From Chiloscyllium plagiosum (taxonomy: Eukaryota), in contig NC_057718.1 of NCBI RefSeq assembly GCF_004010195.1, positions 86,543,514 to 86,607,513 on the forward strand: DNA of 64,000 nt, given 5' to 3'. A model generated the notes under the pieces. It saw only the letters and a program-made list of their open reading frames with translations, was not told the origin of the DNA and made no database searches. The first letter of the stretch is position 1. Every line of letters starts with the position of its first letter. This document shows positions 1 to 12,849 of the stretch, one piece after another. Made by a program: the position numbers and the translations under genes.

Positions 1-614
1 GGAATGTTTTTTTTAAAGGAGTCTCTAGTATTGGGAGATAGGGCAAATTGACATGGTTTCAGAATTATGGATTGTCTTAGCTGAAATGGTGGAACTTGTT
101 AGTAGTCAAAATATGTACAGATATTTCACAGCAGGTTGTTTGATGTGGATTGGTCTGCAAGCTCCTGATAGAAATGTTTCTTGTTTTCAACTGTGTAGTT
201 ACAGAGCATCAACCACAAGGAAAATCCTTAAGCCACTGTGTACTGCTTTGATGGCCCTACTTAAGAAAGGATATAATTGCAGTAGAAGCAGTTCAGAGAA
301 GGTTGACACCATTTATTCCTGGGATGATTCTTATGAAGAAAGGCTGAATAGTGTTGGCTTATACCCGTTCAGGTTCAGAAGAAACTTACATATTTTAATA
401 AGATCAAAAAAGTAAGATCAAATGGGGACTTGACAGAGTTATACAGCAAGGAAACAGACACTTCAGTCAAACTCATCCATGCCAACACATATCCTAAACT
501 GATCAAGCCCCATTTGCCAATATCCTTTTACATGGTGAACATGAAGAGGATTCCCGATGGGGGGAGTTCGAGAACTATGAGATGTGGTTTAAAAATTATG
601 GGTGTTCCCTTTTT

Positions 615-1735
615 AAGCCTGCTCTTATATTCAATGCTCTGACCAATAAAAGAAAGCATACTAAACACTTTCTTCAATATCCTATCTACCTGAGACTGCA
701 CTTTCAAGGAACTATGAACCTGCACTCCAAGGTCTCGTTGTTCAGCAACGCTCCCCAGGACCTTACCATTAAGTGTATAAGTTCTGCCCTTATTTGCCTT
801 TTCACAATGCAGCACCTCACATTTATCTAAATTAAACTCCATCTGCCATTCCTTGGCCCATTTGATCAAGATCCTGGTGTACTGTGAGGTGACCTTCTTC
901 ACTGTCCATTACACCTCCAATTTTGGTGTCATCTGCAAATTTACTAACTATACCTCCAATGTTCACAACCAAATCATTTATATAAATGACGAACAGCAGT
1001 AGATTCAGCGCCGATCCTTGTGGCACACCACTGGTCACAGGCCTCCAGTCTGAAAAGCACCCTCTATCACCAACCTGTGCTCTAGTTTCAAGCCAGTTTT
1101 GTATCCAAATGGCTACTTCTCCCTGTATTCCATGTGATCTAACCTTGTTAACCAGTCTACCATGAGGAAACTTGTCGAACGTTGACATATTGCAGTTGTA
1201 GAGGACATTGGTTAATCGACTTTTGGAATATTGTGTGCAATTCTGTCTCCTTCCTGAAACTTGAAAGGGTTCAGAAAAGATTTACAAGGATGTTGCCAGG
1301 GTTGGAGGATTTGAGCTATTGGGAGAGGCTGAATAGGGTGGGCTGTTTTCCCTGGAGTGTCAGAGGCTGAGGGGTGACCTCATAGAGGTTTATAAAATTA
1401 TGAGGGACATGGATAGAGTAAATAGACAAAGTCTTTACCCTGGGTGGGGGAGTCCAGAACTAGAGCACATAGGTTTAGGGTGAGAGGGAAAGATTTAAAA
1501 GGGACCTAAAGGGCAGCTTTTTCACACAGAGGGTGGTGCATGTATGGAATGAGCTGCCAGAGCAAATGGTGGAGACTGGCACAATTACAACATTTAAAAG
1601 CTATCTGGATAGGAAGGGTTTAGAGTGATATGGGTTAAGTGCTGGCAAATGAGACTCTTTAATGTAGGATATCTGGTCAGCATGGACAAGTTGGACCGAA
1701 GGGTCTGTTTCCATGCTGTACTTCTCTATGACTCT
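615..1735. mobile_element. CR1/HER1-type LINE with inverted 5' part (615-1182 minus; 1183-1735 plus)
   Basis: Minus: FDKFPHGRL, TSGVPQGSAL, FADDTK, WQMEFNLDKC. Plus: [15 protein letters not shown] and 3' tail ctctatgactct. Confidence 0.9.
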
Positions 1736-2139
1736 GAGCAGGATGTTTTCATTAGGGTCCTTAGTTTGTGGAATTCACTTTACCAGAACGCAGCATAATT
1801 GAAATATTCAGGACTGAGTTAGATAGATTTTTGATCAAAAAGACAGTGGAGTATTTTGGGAAGCAAACAGGCAGGCAGAGTTTGAGACCACAATCAGATC
1901 AGCCATGGTCTTTCTAAATGGCAGAGCAGGCTCAGGGTGCCATATACTATTTTTATGACTTTTTTTGCAAAACCTGCATAGTTGAAATGGCATTAAGTTA
2001 CCACAGGGTGGCAGTTGTCTGCATCTGCTGAGTGCTGCCTTGTTTTTCACATCAACTTCGCAAATCCACTTTCAGATGGTTACCTTAACAATGAGTGTGC
2101 ATCGGACAGTTTCTACAAACAATATGCTGTGAAACCAAG

Positions 2140-2970
2140 GGAACATAGTATAATAAAGACAGAAAATGCTGGAAAACCCCAGCTGGTCTGGCAATATAAT
2201 GGAAAGAGAATCAGTACATAATCATTCATCTGAACTAGGAAATACTAGAAATGCTAATTTTTAAGTGAGAGGAGCTGGGATGGTGAGAAAGGACAAATGA
2301 AGATCTGTCATTGAGTCTAAGACAGGAGAGAGAAAATGGCAAAAGAGTTAGATAACAGAACGAAGATTTGTATCACATGCCTGTGAAAGATGTGAATAGC
2401 AGAATTGTAGCCAACATGGCACTCTGTGCAGTAAGAGATGAGAGGAGGGTGCAGGGGTGGTATCAGATGCAATCATTAGCTGTTCAGGGGGCACAGGGTG
2501 GCATCAGCCCCTCAGCAGTGAGGCTGGGGCAAGGCAGAAGGTTCATTGTAGTGCTGCGACATCATCTCAGCCATCTGTGCAAGTGGCTGACAGCCATCTT
2601 TGGTGTTGGCAAGCAAACACTCAAGGGGGAATTTTTTAAAAATGGGCAGAGAATAGAGTCTGAGATTGTCAAACTCAAGTTGAGTCTGGAAAGCTGTACA
2701 ATGTTTAAATGAAAGATGGGAAGCAGCTCCTTGATCTTGGATTGAGGTTAATTAGAACCTTGCAACAGGCCAAGAACAGAGAATAAGATGGAAATTAAAA
2801 TAAACAACCAGTCGCTTGAGGTTCTGCTTGTGAACTGATCGGAGGTGTTCCACAAAGCAGTCATCTACCTGTGTTTGACCTCTCCGATGTAGACATTCCC
2901 ATAACCTGTAAATACAGTATATTAAACTGAAACAAGTAGGTTTAAATTCCTATTGCACCTGCAAGCAGTG
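2140..2970 (-). mobile_element. Degenerate Penelope-like (Neptune-type) fragment
   Basis: Starts with the reverse complement of the ...ccagcattttctgtcttt terminus shared by other PLE ends in the window; highly decayed. Confidence 0.45.
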
Positions 2971-3399
2971 CTTGGAGTCTACATTCCCTTCAATCCTTTT
3001 TTCCTCTCGTGTGGACCTTCTCGGTCTGTGCATGGCAGCAACTTCAGAGGTTCTGGTTTTTAAATTATTAACGGTGTAAAGGCTTATGGGGATAGTGTGG
3101 GTAAAAGGCATCAGACACTATCTTATTAAATCACTTCCTCAATTGGTTGCAAGTTTTTACTTGTTTGCAATCACTATAGACATTTTATAATAAGCAGAGG
3201 CTGGGAATCTTTTCACTGGAGTGTAGGAGTTTGAAGTGTGATCTTATAGAGATTTATAAAATCATGAGGGGCATAGATGAGGTGAATAGCAAAGGTCTTT
3301 TTCATAGGATAGGGGAGTTCAAAACCTCTGCAGTTGTGGGTACATTCACAGTGCTGGGAAGCTGATTTGCAGATATTTTGTCCCATCTAGGTCATGTTT

Positions 3400-4290
3400 T
3401 CAGAGCTTTGAAGCCTCCTGTGAAGCACTGCTGAACTATCTTTTCTGGAATTTATTTGGTTTCCTTCCTGCTGCTTCTGGTTGGTGGTTCCAGTTGTTCA
3501 CTGTAATGGTTGGTATATTGGGTCTAGGTCTAAGTGTGTTGAGTCTGTGGTCGAATGCCATGCTTCGAGAAATTCTCCCGCTGTCCTCTATTTAGTTTGT
3601 CCTATGATCGTTGTGTTGTCCCAGTCAAATTTGTGGTCCTTGTCATCTGCGTGTATGACTACTAGGGACAGTTAGTTGTGGCATTTAGTGGCTAGTTGGT
3701 TTTCGTGAATACGAATTGCTAGTTGTCTGTCTGTTTATCCTAAATAGTGTTTCGTACAGTCTTTGCATGGAATCTTGTAAATTAGTTAGTCTTGCACATG
3801 CTGGGTACCGGGTCTTTTGTCCTGCTGAGTTGTTGTCTGAGTGCAGCTGTCGGTATATGTCACGGATCGCAGTGATCAGAAAAGTCTGGCTATTGGTTGA
3901 GACATTTTTTATATATGGTAGTGTGGCTAGTGTGTTGGGTCATGGCATGTCCTCCTCATGTTGTTTGTCTGCCAGGCATCTGTGAATGAAGATGGAAGGA
4001 TAACCATTCTTGGTGAATACGCTGTAGAGGTGTTCTTCTTTTCGCAGGTCAGGAGTGCTGCAGTGTGTTGTCACCCTTTTGAACAAAGTCCTGGTGCAGC
4101 TTCTCTTGTATGTGTTCAGGTGATTGCTGTTGTAGCTCAGGATCTAGTCCATGTGGCTTTTCTGTACACTCTTATAGTGCATTCCCTGTTGTGTTCTTTC
4201 TATCATCACATCCAGGAATAGCAGTTATAGCATTCTCCACTTGCGTAAATTTGATCCCTGTGAGCATGGTATTGATAATCTGTGGTGTTC
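3400..4290 (-). mobile_element. Penelope (Poseidon-type) RT C-terminus / GIY-YIG fragment
   Basis: Minus translation IYKIPCKDCTKHYLG*TDRQLAIRIHE; homologous to 51600-52400. Confidence 0.85.
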
Positions 4291-5189
4291 TAGTTCAAAG
4301 CTAGAGGGCATATTTTTAAGATGAGATGAGAAAGATTTAAAAGGGACCTCAGGGGCAACCTTTTCCACAGAGAGGGTGGTTCGTATGTGGAATGAACTGC
4401 CCAGTTTCCACATGTTCCTATGATGAGGCACAGCTGAGGTCTTCCTAATGGAGAAACTGTGTACCGAGGGGGAGTCTTTTTCACATTGCAACGCACCAGT
4501 GATGTGAGCTGAAAATGCCAAATAAACTAGACACACAAAAGCAGAAACTCTCGTCGCCATCCCCCCGGCCATATACTAGTTACACCACATCAGTCTATTG
4601 GACATACATTGGAGTTGGTAACCAGATTTAAGATAGTTGGCAAAGAACCATTAGAAAATCTTAAGACATTAAACATTTTATGATCTGGAATGCATTCCCT
4701 GATGATATAGTGGAAGGAGACTCATCAGTAGCTCTGAAAGAGAATAGAATAAATAACTGAAGGGAAAGATTACTGGGCCATAAAGAGCTGAGGGGCTGAA
4801 ATGGTAAAACTAAATGGAAACCTCCAAAAACCAGTACAGGCATTATGAACCAAAGGAGTCACAAGATTGCACAATGATATTTTTGCAGTAAATACCTAAG
4901 AAGGAGATGAAAGGAACTTTTTCTGGAGGTTGTGAATTTTAATAATGCTATACTGCAGAAAGCTACAGCTGGGTTACTGAATATATTCAAGGTTGTGTTG
5001 GAAAGAGGTTTGAGGTATGAGGCAGTTAAGGTAACATATTTAGTTTCTACCAAGTAAGTGAGTCATATTGCAGGCCCAATTAATAATGTTAAATTGAATA
5101 ACTAAATCGATCCCAGGTTAATGATTTTGAAGGAGAAAAACACTCCGACTTAGCCAATTCTGCCATGTAGATTCTTACACAGTAGCTTA

Positions 5190-5235
5190 GTTGTAAAAAA
5201 AATACAAAACAACTCAACTGCTTTTAAAATTTATT
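5190..5235 (-). terminator. Distal polyadenylation signal
   Basis: AATAAA at 5235-5230 followed by GU/U-rich gttgagttgttttgtatttttttt; a second AATAAA lies at 5830-5825. Confidence 0.7.
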
Positions 5236-5987
5236 TTGCAAAGCAATAATGCATACACTGAAGAAATTTTAACTACGATCCATAGTGTGTTGTAAGCTTG
5301 TACAGCATAGGTTTAAATAATTTCTACTACATTCAACTGTGAAGCAACACAAAGCAAAGGAATAGCAGCACAGAACTTAAAAAAAACTATGTTTGAAAGC
5401 ATCAATATGTTCAAATCTGTGTTTACAATCAACAATGCATTTGCCACCGTATTCATGTAGTGCTTGGCAGGGTTGATTCCAGAGACTAGTAAAACATGGC
5501 AATCTGGATGGCAACTCAAGGCACACTACAAACTTCAATGTTTAGTGCTTAGTTATACCTGCATACAGAAAGGTCTTGCATATATTATGTCATTGGTGCC
5601 ATGGGTGCACAGGTTAAGTTTACGTTGTAATGGTGCAGGATTTGAACACCTATCAATTCAGATGAGGGAGAAAAAAAAAAACTAGCCACACCACACATCT
5701 GCTGGTACCACCTTGCTGCAGCTTCACACTTGCCAGTTAAAAATGAAACCAAGCCACATAAAATTTCTTCCAAATCTGCACTTGATTCTGAAAATCCTTT
5801 ATAACAGCTCTTCCCCAGGCAAGGTTTATTGAATTCATTGCAAGAATACTGCTCCACACCAGTTAAGTGTGTGGATGTTTTTTTTTCCAGTCCAAAAACA
5901 AGCTGCAATGCTGTCATTTTCAAAGCATTTAGAACGGGAGATATGTACTCCACATTAACATCAGGTTCTGAGCACACAGATGAAGCT
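5215..5987 (-). other. PCMT1: Probable PCMT1 3' UTR (exon 8)
   Basis: TE-free AT-rich stretch between the exon 8 stop and an AATAAA; the 3' end is approximate. Confidence 0.7.
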
Positions 5988-6000
5988 TCACATTTCATCC
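5988..6000 (-). CDS. PCMT1: PCMT1 terminal exon 8, coding part of the alternative isoform (...PR-DEM*)
   Basis: Acceptor ctctctctttaaacccacag|G GAT GAA ATG TGA; joined to CCA AG| at 23807 it gives R-D-E-M-stop, matching the RDEL-isoform architecture of mammalian PCMT1. Confidence 0.8.
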
Positions 6001-6879
6001 CTGTGGGTTTAAAGAGAGAGTTAGGAACTATAGCAGTATCAACTCAAGTGATCACAATAATAAAATAAAAAGTGGCTATTGCATTTAGCGGATCTTGTTA
6101 GTCATTGTTCTTGCAGCAGAGAACATGAGAGGGAGAAAAATAGGACTTTAAAAGGACAAAGGCTTTGAGAAAGTTGATTTAGAGAAACTTTTCACCAATA
6201 GAAGCATTGACAATGAGAAGGAACAGATTCAAGCTATCTGGCAAAAGAACTACAGAAACGTCACTGTTTGATTTAAAAATGAATTACAACCATGTGGAAT
6301 ACATTCCTTGAAAAGGTAGTGGAAGGAGATTCAATAATAACTCAAAAGGGAATTGAACAAATGATTAAAAGGAAGAATTGCCTGGTTATGGGAAAGAACT
6401 GGTGGGGATGAAGATGGGAAAGCATTGGTATGGTAGGACTAACTGGAAAGCACTTTCTGAAAGCCAGCACAGGCACAATGGACCAGAGGAGTCACATGAT
6501 AGTACTATGATTTGTACACTGACCTACCTACCTCAGGGACTTACTTATTGGATTGTATTTTACCTCCACGTGGTTTTTATCTGCACTGCAAACACCCCAC
6601 TGGATGAAAATGTTACCTACAAAAGAAACGGATTCCAATGTAGAAGTCCATCAATGGCAGTGGTCCTAAAACCTTCCATCTTAAATGTACTCACAAATAA
6701 TTCGACATGGACAGGTTGAAAAGGACCAGGGAACAGAAGTATAAACGAGATTAGATGTTTTTCTTAAAGAGATCATACTCTTTGGAATAAGCTTCTCTCA
6801 GGAAGACCAAATTCATCTGGTTCAAATTCTGGATCGTGGGAAGTATGGTACACATGGGTAAGTTATTAATTCATATTTT

Positions 6880-7900
6880 ACGAAACAAACAGAAAATGTT
6901 ATCCAGTTCTTTGATGAAGCAACAGGTTGATAGGTGGTTGCTGGAAAAATGAATATTTGAAAAGCATTTGAAGAAATATCACAAATTAAACATCAATTTC
7001 ACAACGTCTATGGGATTAAAGAAAGAATGCAGCATGGACATGGCTGAGGGACACAAAGTCAACAGCAATGGCAAACACTTATGGTTCAGATTAAAAGACA
7101 GATAAAGTATTGCTCCAAAAGGGGTTAGCCCAAGGATCACATCTCTTTAATACATAGAGGTCTTGATACAAAACTGGGAGATATAAAGAAAGTTAGGACA
7201 GAAGGAGACCTAGACTTCTGGGAAGTTTGGCACATAAAATTAATTAAATGTGAAATTACACTTTTCATATAAAGAATAAGAACAGGCAACATAAACTAAA
7301 TGGCATAATTATTAAGGTGGTGGAGAATCATACAAATCTTTGCAGATTGCAGGACAAGTTGAGAAGGCTGTTATGACAATATAGCAGCTCCTTGTTTTTA
7401 ATACAAGATAAGACTACAGAAGCAACCAAGTTATGCTTAACCGCTCTCTACACAAGTTCGGCCAATGCTTGAAACAAGAGTTCTATTCTGGGCACTACAC
7501 TTTTTGGAGTTTGAAGTGGGCTTACTGGAATGGTGCTTGGTATGGGAGACAGCAATTACATAGAGGTTGGAAAAGCTGGGATTGTTCGCCTTCAAACAGT
7601 GAAGGTTAAGAGGTGATTCAATAAGGCTGTTCAAAATCAAAAAGGCCTTTGATCAAGTAGTTAAGCCAAATCATTCCGAAGTCAGTAAGCTGTGACACAG
7701 ATCTAAAACATGAGTAGCAAACAAACCATAGGGGACATCAAATCAGTTCATTATTTTTACACACTTAGCTCCTGTGACCTGGACTGCTGAGTCTCTAAAA
7801 GGTGGTGAAAGCAGCTCCAATAAAACTACTCATAAGTGAACTGGATAAATTATTCGGATGAAAACAAAACAGGACTATAGGATTATTTGGAGAGATCTAC
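6880..7900 (+). mobile_element. Old CR1 LINE ORF2/3' fragment
   Basis: Decayed KAF, QFWA-like and 'EKLGLF' segments. Confidence 0.65.
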
Positions 7901-8369
7901 TTATGTGGAGGGACAAAACAGAATGATGCACAATGTAAAAGCAATGTTACAAATGTGTTATTTATAACAATTACAATTTGGAATCTCTAACTTTTAAAAC
8001 ATACAGTAAATAAAAGAACACAGTCTGATAAGCCTGGGAGAATTACAGATCAAGGCAACTGCCATGTTAATAAAGCCAATGGGTGTCTCGTTATCTTTTG
8101 AGGATTTTGTTGTAGAGCATTTTGGGAGAGGATTTGCAGATAATGTGAGGGAGTTTAAATTAATAATGCAATTTGCTCAGATCAGAGACATTTGCAGATA
8201 AGTAGTTAAAAAGGTCATAAAGTAACATATCCATACCTGCCAAGTTTCCCAAAGTGAACTAGTCCCACTGGCCTGCATTTGGCCAATTCTCTCTGAACCT
8301 TTACTATTCATGTACCTGTCCAAATGTCTTTTAAATGCCAAAGTTTATCTAAGAAACAGTTCTGCTGGG

Positions 8370-8868
8370 CATTAGACCCCAGATGTTAAGGAAATAAAAG
8401 GTAGGGAGGTGGGACTTGGGGGAGGGGTGTTGGAAATGCAATAGGTGGAAGGAGGTTAAGGTGAGGGTGATGAGATGAGGGTGATAGGCCTGAGAGGGGG
8501 TGGGGGTGGAGAGGTCAGGAAGAAGATTGCAGGTTAGGAAGGTGATGCTGAGTTTGAGGGTTGGGACTGAGACAAGGTGGAGGGAGGGGAAATGAAACTG
8601 GAGAAGTCTGAGTTCACCCCATCACCCTAACCTTATCACCCTCACCTTAACCTCCTCCCACCTATCGCATTTCCAACACCCCTCCCCCAAGTCCCTCCTC
8701 CCTACCTTTTATCTTAGACTGCTTGGCACACTTTCCTCATTCCTGAAGAAGGGCTTATGCCCGAAACGTCGATTCTCCTGCTCCTTTGATGCTGCCTGAC
8801 CTGCTGCGCTTTTCCAGGAACACATTTTCAGCTCTGATCTCCAGCATCTGCAGTCCTCACTTTCTCCT
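8370..8868 (+). mobile_element. Penelope-like terminal (pLTR) fragment with inverted arm and hammerhead core
   Basis: 8395-8470 is the reverse complement of 8635-8712; CTGAAGA-A-GGGC ttat GCCC-GAAACGTC at 8743-8770. Confidence 0.8.
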
Positions 8869-8919
8869 AATGCTCGAAATGCTCCAGATTATTGACCCAA
8901 CGGGATCTGGGACACTAAG

Positions 8920-10520
8920 TCATCATATGGCTCTTTCTGCATTCATGTCCTTAAAAAGGTCTACAATGGGATATGGTGAACCACTATTCAATAAAATCTT
9001 TTCAGATGCATTCACCACTAACCGACTCAAAGCTTCCTTCAATTCTGAGGATTGAAAATTTGGAAGAATCAGAATAATAGACAAAACTATATACAGTGAA
9101 TTTGTGTAATTGTACATTGAGGGTGTAATAGAACCTGGAGAGTGCAGTGATTCTTTGAATTGGTGTGGCTTGTTTGCTATATGTCGACATGTCTAATGTT
9201 TCTGTGACAATACAACTTCAGGAAATAAACATCCAGTTTCCTTTAGCAACCTCAGCTCTTGAAATGCTGATCTCGTCTTCATAGGGTCAGAAAGATCTGT
9301 CTCTCACACTGTTTATCGTATCAGGCCAAACTTCCAAGATAACTCTCCATAATCTCTTCAACCTTTTTGCTGTTTTGTCCTGAAGTAGGCTGCACTTGTG
9401 TTTACCAAAATTGAGTTGGAAGATGAAGTCAATGCACATCATCTACTTGTGCATGCAGCAAAACAGCTGCATCTTTTCCATATTTGGTTATCTGATTAAT
9501 GCATCTGAAGTAATCATTCTACTATCCGGATTTATTACAGGGAGCAAAAACATGACGGCACACTTTTGAAGTTTCTGCAGTGTATTTGGTGCATTAGTCA
9601 GTACCTTATACCAAATCATTTTAATGGATTATGGTTAGTTTTCAAAATTAATTATTTACCAAATAGGTGCACGTTGAACTCATGCGGTTGAACAGTAGAA
9701 CACATATCTTATGCTCCATACTTCAGTATCTGCATTGCCTTCATGCTAAGATTTTTGGTTTAAATGCTGTCGGCTTCATCAAGCATTATACATGCTCCTA
9801 ACACTGAAATATGCCAACTTGCAAAAGATGATCTCCTTTCTTGGATCTAATATTGCAAAATACATGATTCTTCAGAGAATGCCAGTTTGCTGATTCAAAC
9901 AGTTAGCATGTTTCCTTAACAGCTCAAAGTGATAGACTATCAAAGTTGAATATGTATAGAACTAAAATACATTGCTGCAAATCTGCTCTCTCCTGGTGTA
10001 TGTCAGTACTTCAGGTTTGCTTGTATCCAGGTTTATTCAGGAAGTCTATTTTTCGTGACTACATTTAATAACCTGGTCCACATGCACCTGGCATTTCCTG
10101 TTGTTGAAGATGAACTCTATGATGAGCCGATGAGTGTACATTTCGAACCTGCTCTTATCCAGTTTTGCCCGTAATTATGATGGCACCGTTTATGTTCCTG
10201 GATGCAAACACCATGTGTAATTGTGTCCACATGCTACAGGCCTAAATCATGACTACTGGATAAGTTAAGGTAATTAAGTATCGGAAACAGCATCTTCTGA
10301 ATGGTGTCCTGAAAATAGTAATGCCTTGAGGTTCTACCAAATGAAGCGACCAACACCACCGCTTGCTGTCCAACTTGATTAATTAAATCCCAAATTCACA
10401 ACAGCAACGTTGAAATTTTATGGAACCTCTCTTTACAGCAATACTTACCTATATACTGAAAATATTTGGCCCTTGATGTAACAGTTACACAAGTCATGCT
10501 GATACACATAACAGAATGCT
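8920..10520 (-). mobile_element. Probable hAT transposase fossil
   Basis: In order on the minus strand: VHSSAHHRVHL (CxxH-like), TPGESRF (TRW/F-like), ILILP...EGSFES (hATC dimerisation-like); many stops and frameshifts. Confidence 0.45.
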
Positions 10521-11770
10521 TTTGTGCTCCACATCATTGAATGACCTCCAACTTCTCCCGTACATGTACAGGGGCACTTCCTGGGAGGGTCAAGTGACTG
10601 GGTTGGAGCCTGCTGTGTAGTACAGCCATGCCTCTGAAATGTCCTATTCTATCAACCTGTCTATCTGTTGTAGGTAGCAGATTGGCATGTGCTTATTTTT
10701 AGCCTCCTCTGCTGCAACTGCTACACTGGTGACCCTCATGTACGGTCAACGTTACATACATTAGTAACCCTGCTAATGCTGCTGCACTTACATCCACCAG
10801 ATCGAATATTTATGACGTACATGTAGACTGGCTGCTTTTCAATGTCATTGAGTCACTCTGTAATAACAAAACACTGGATACAGTGAGCGTGGCCACTGCA
10901 GATTTTGTCATAGACCCCCAGTTGTTCAGATATACATGCTTCAGGATTTAGACTTGGAAGATATTCACACACTTCTACGTCAACTTTGAGAGTGAGCTTT
11001 TTAAATTCGAGAATAAATCTACTTTGAGCTCTCCTCTAACATGTATTAGTTCCAGTCTTTTTACTTTTCAGAACACTGATTAAAGTCTTTTGCATCTTAG
11101 GTTTGACTGAAAAGCAGCGTTCCTTCAATTTTGTTACAGCAAGAATGGAGGTTAGGCAAAAGTTTTGGTATATAAATTATGGCTTGGCTACAGGAGAGAA
11201 AATGACAAATGCCCACCTGCTCATTTAAAATGCAAGCTACAATCCAATAGCTACTGTGTTGGTTTACAATCTCAATATAGAAATTCTATTTGCCAAGGCA
11301 GCCCTTATGCTCCAAATTAAGGTACTGAAACTAGTGATGCTAGACCATGAATTAAATTTAAACTAACTGGTTAGGTACATATTGACAACTGATTTTGACT
11401 TTCTACTTAGGGAAACATAGAACAAATAATTTAACTCAAAAAGGCTAACAGATACTGCTACATTAAGGCTTATCAATAAAATCTCCATCCTTACTCTATG
11501 AAGATACACATACACACTTCAATGGGCGAATCTGCATTCCTCCATTTATAACAGGAGTACATCCCATCATATCTTAAACTGAGAGAATAAATGCAATTCA
11601 GGACGAAGACTAATCCATGCATTCCAGTGCATTACCGGATTAATATAACCTCTCAGCAAAGTACAAGGCAAAAATTTTTCAATTCTCAAGACTTACAACA
11701 CTGAAGGGTAAATTCAAAGTTAAAAAAGGCAGTCAGATCTTGACAAACACAAAGTGTTTCAAGATAATCA

Positions 11771-12101
11771 GAATCATAGAGACCTTACAGTGTGGAAGCC
11801 CTCAGGGTCACACCAAGCCACTGAAGAGAATCTCACCTGGACTCAAACCCCCTACCCCATCCTTGCAACCCTGCATTCCCCAGGGATAATCCACCTAGTA
11901 TGTACATCTCTGGACATTATGGGGCAATTTAGCATGGCCAAACCACCTAACCTCCACATCATTGGACTGTGGGGGGAAACTGGAGCACCCAAAGGAAACT
12001 CACACAGACAGAGGGAGAATGTGCAAACTACAAAAATGACCCGTCTGAGAGTGAACCAGATCCCTGGCACTATGGCAGCAGTATTAACCACTGTGCCACC
12101 C
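11771..12101 (-). mobile_element. HE1-like V-SINE (older copy)
   Basis: tRNA-like head GGTGGCACAGTGG, V-domain, CR1-like tail. Confidence 0.85.
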
Positions 12102-12381
12102 TGTAGTACGAGTGAATTATATACATTGTTGACATATTTATAAAATCTTGGTTTTCTGGATGATTTAACAGTAAAATGCACATTTGTGCATTGCTGGAAA
12201 GAGGGTTTTTTTTTAATATGTGGATGAGCCTCTCCGGCATGTCATAACATAACTGTGACAGTCATGTGATAGACACTACAGGGCTAGAACTTGAACAGCT
12301 TAGTAGAGGGAATGCTGCTACATGATCATTGCGCATATAATCTAAATAAACACTGTTTGAAGAAGCACCTGGAAGGGTTTA

Positions 12382-12700
12382 AGATTAGATTAGATTCGCT
12401 AGTGTGGAAACAGGCCCTTCGGCCCAACAAGTCCACACCGACCCTCCAAAGAGCAACCCACTCAGACCCGTCCCCCTATATTTACCCCTTCACCTAACAC
12501 TACGGGCAATTTAGCATGGCCAATTCACCTAACCTGCACATTTTTTTTGGACTGTGGGAGGAAACCGGAGCACCCGGAGGAAACCCATGCAGACACAGGG
12601 AGAATGTGCAAACTCCACACAGTTGCTTGAGGCGGGAATTGAACCTAGGCCTCTGGCGCTGTGAGGCAGCAGTGCTAACCACTGTGCCACCGTGCCGCCC
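12382..12700 (-). mobile_element. HE1 V-SINE, full length
   Basis: A box TGGCACAGTGG, B box GGTTCAATTCC, V-domain TGTGTGGAGTTTGCACATTCTCCC...GGTTTCCTCCGGGTGCTCCGG, (TCTAA)n tail. Confidence 0.93.
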
Positions 12701-12849
12701 AGGTTGTTATCTGAACTTCTAAACAGATGATATCCAAACTGCAGATATGCTAAACATGATGGCAGAAAGACAAGGAGAGACTGAGGAACCGCAAGATTAA
12801 CAAAAAGAAAGTCCTGAGAACACTTTGTGAGCATCTCATCTCACTTCAG

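Noticed and set aside
5585..5998. 137-aa ORF on the minus strand
   Set aside because: Starts at an out-of-frame ATG within the exon 8 DEM codons and runs through the 3' UTR; no recognisable protein.
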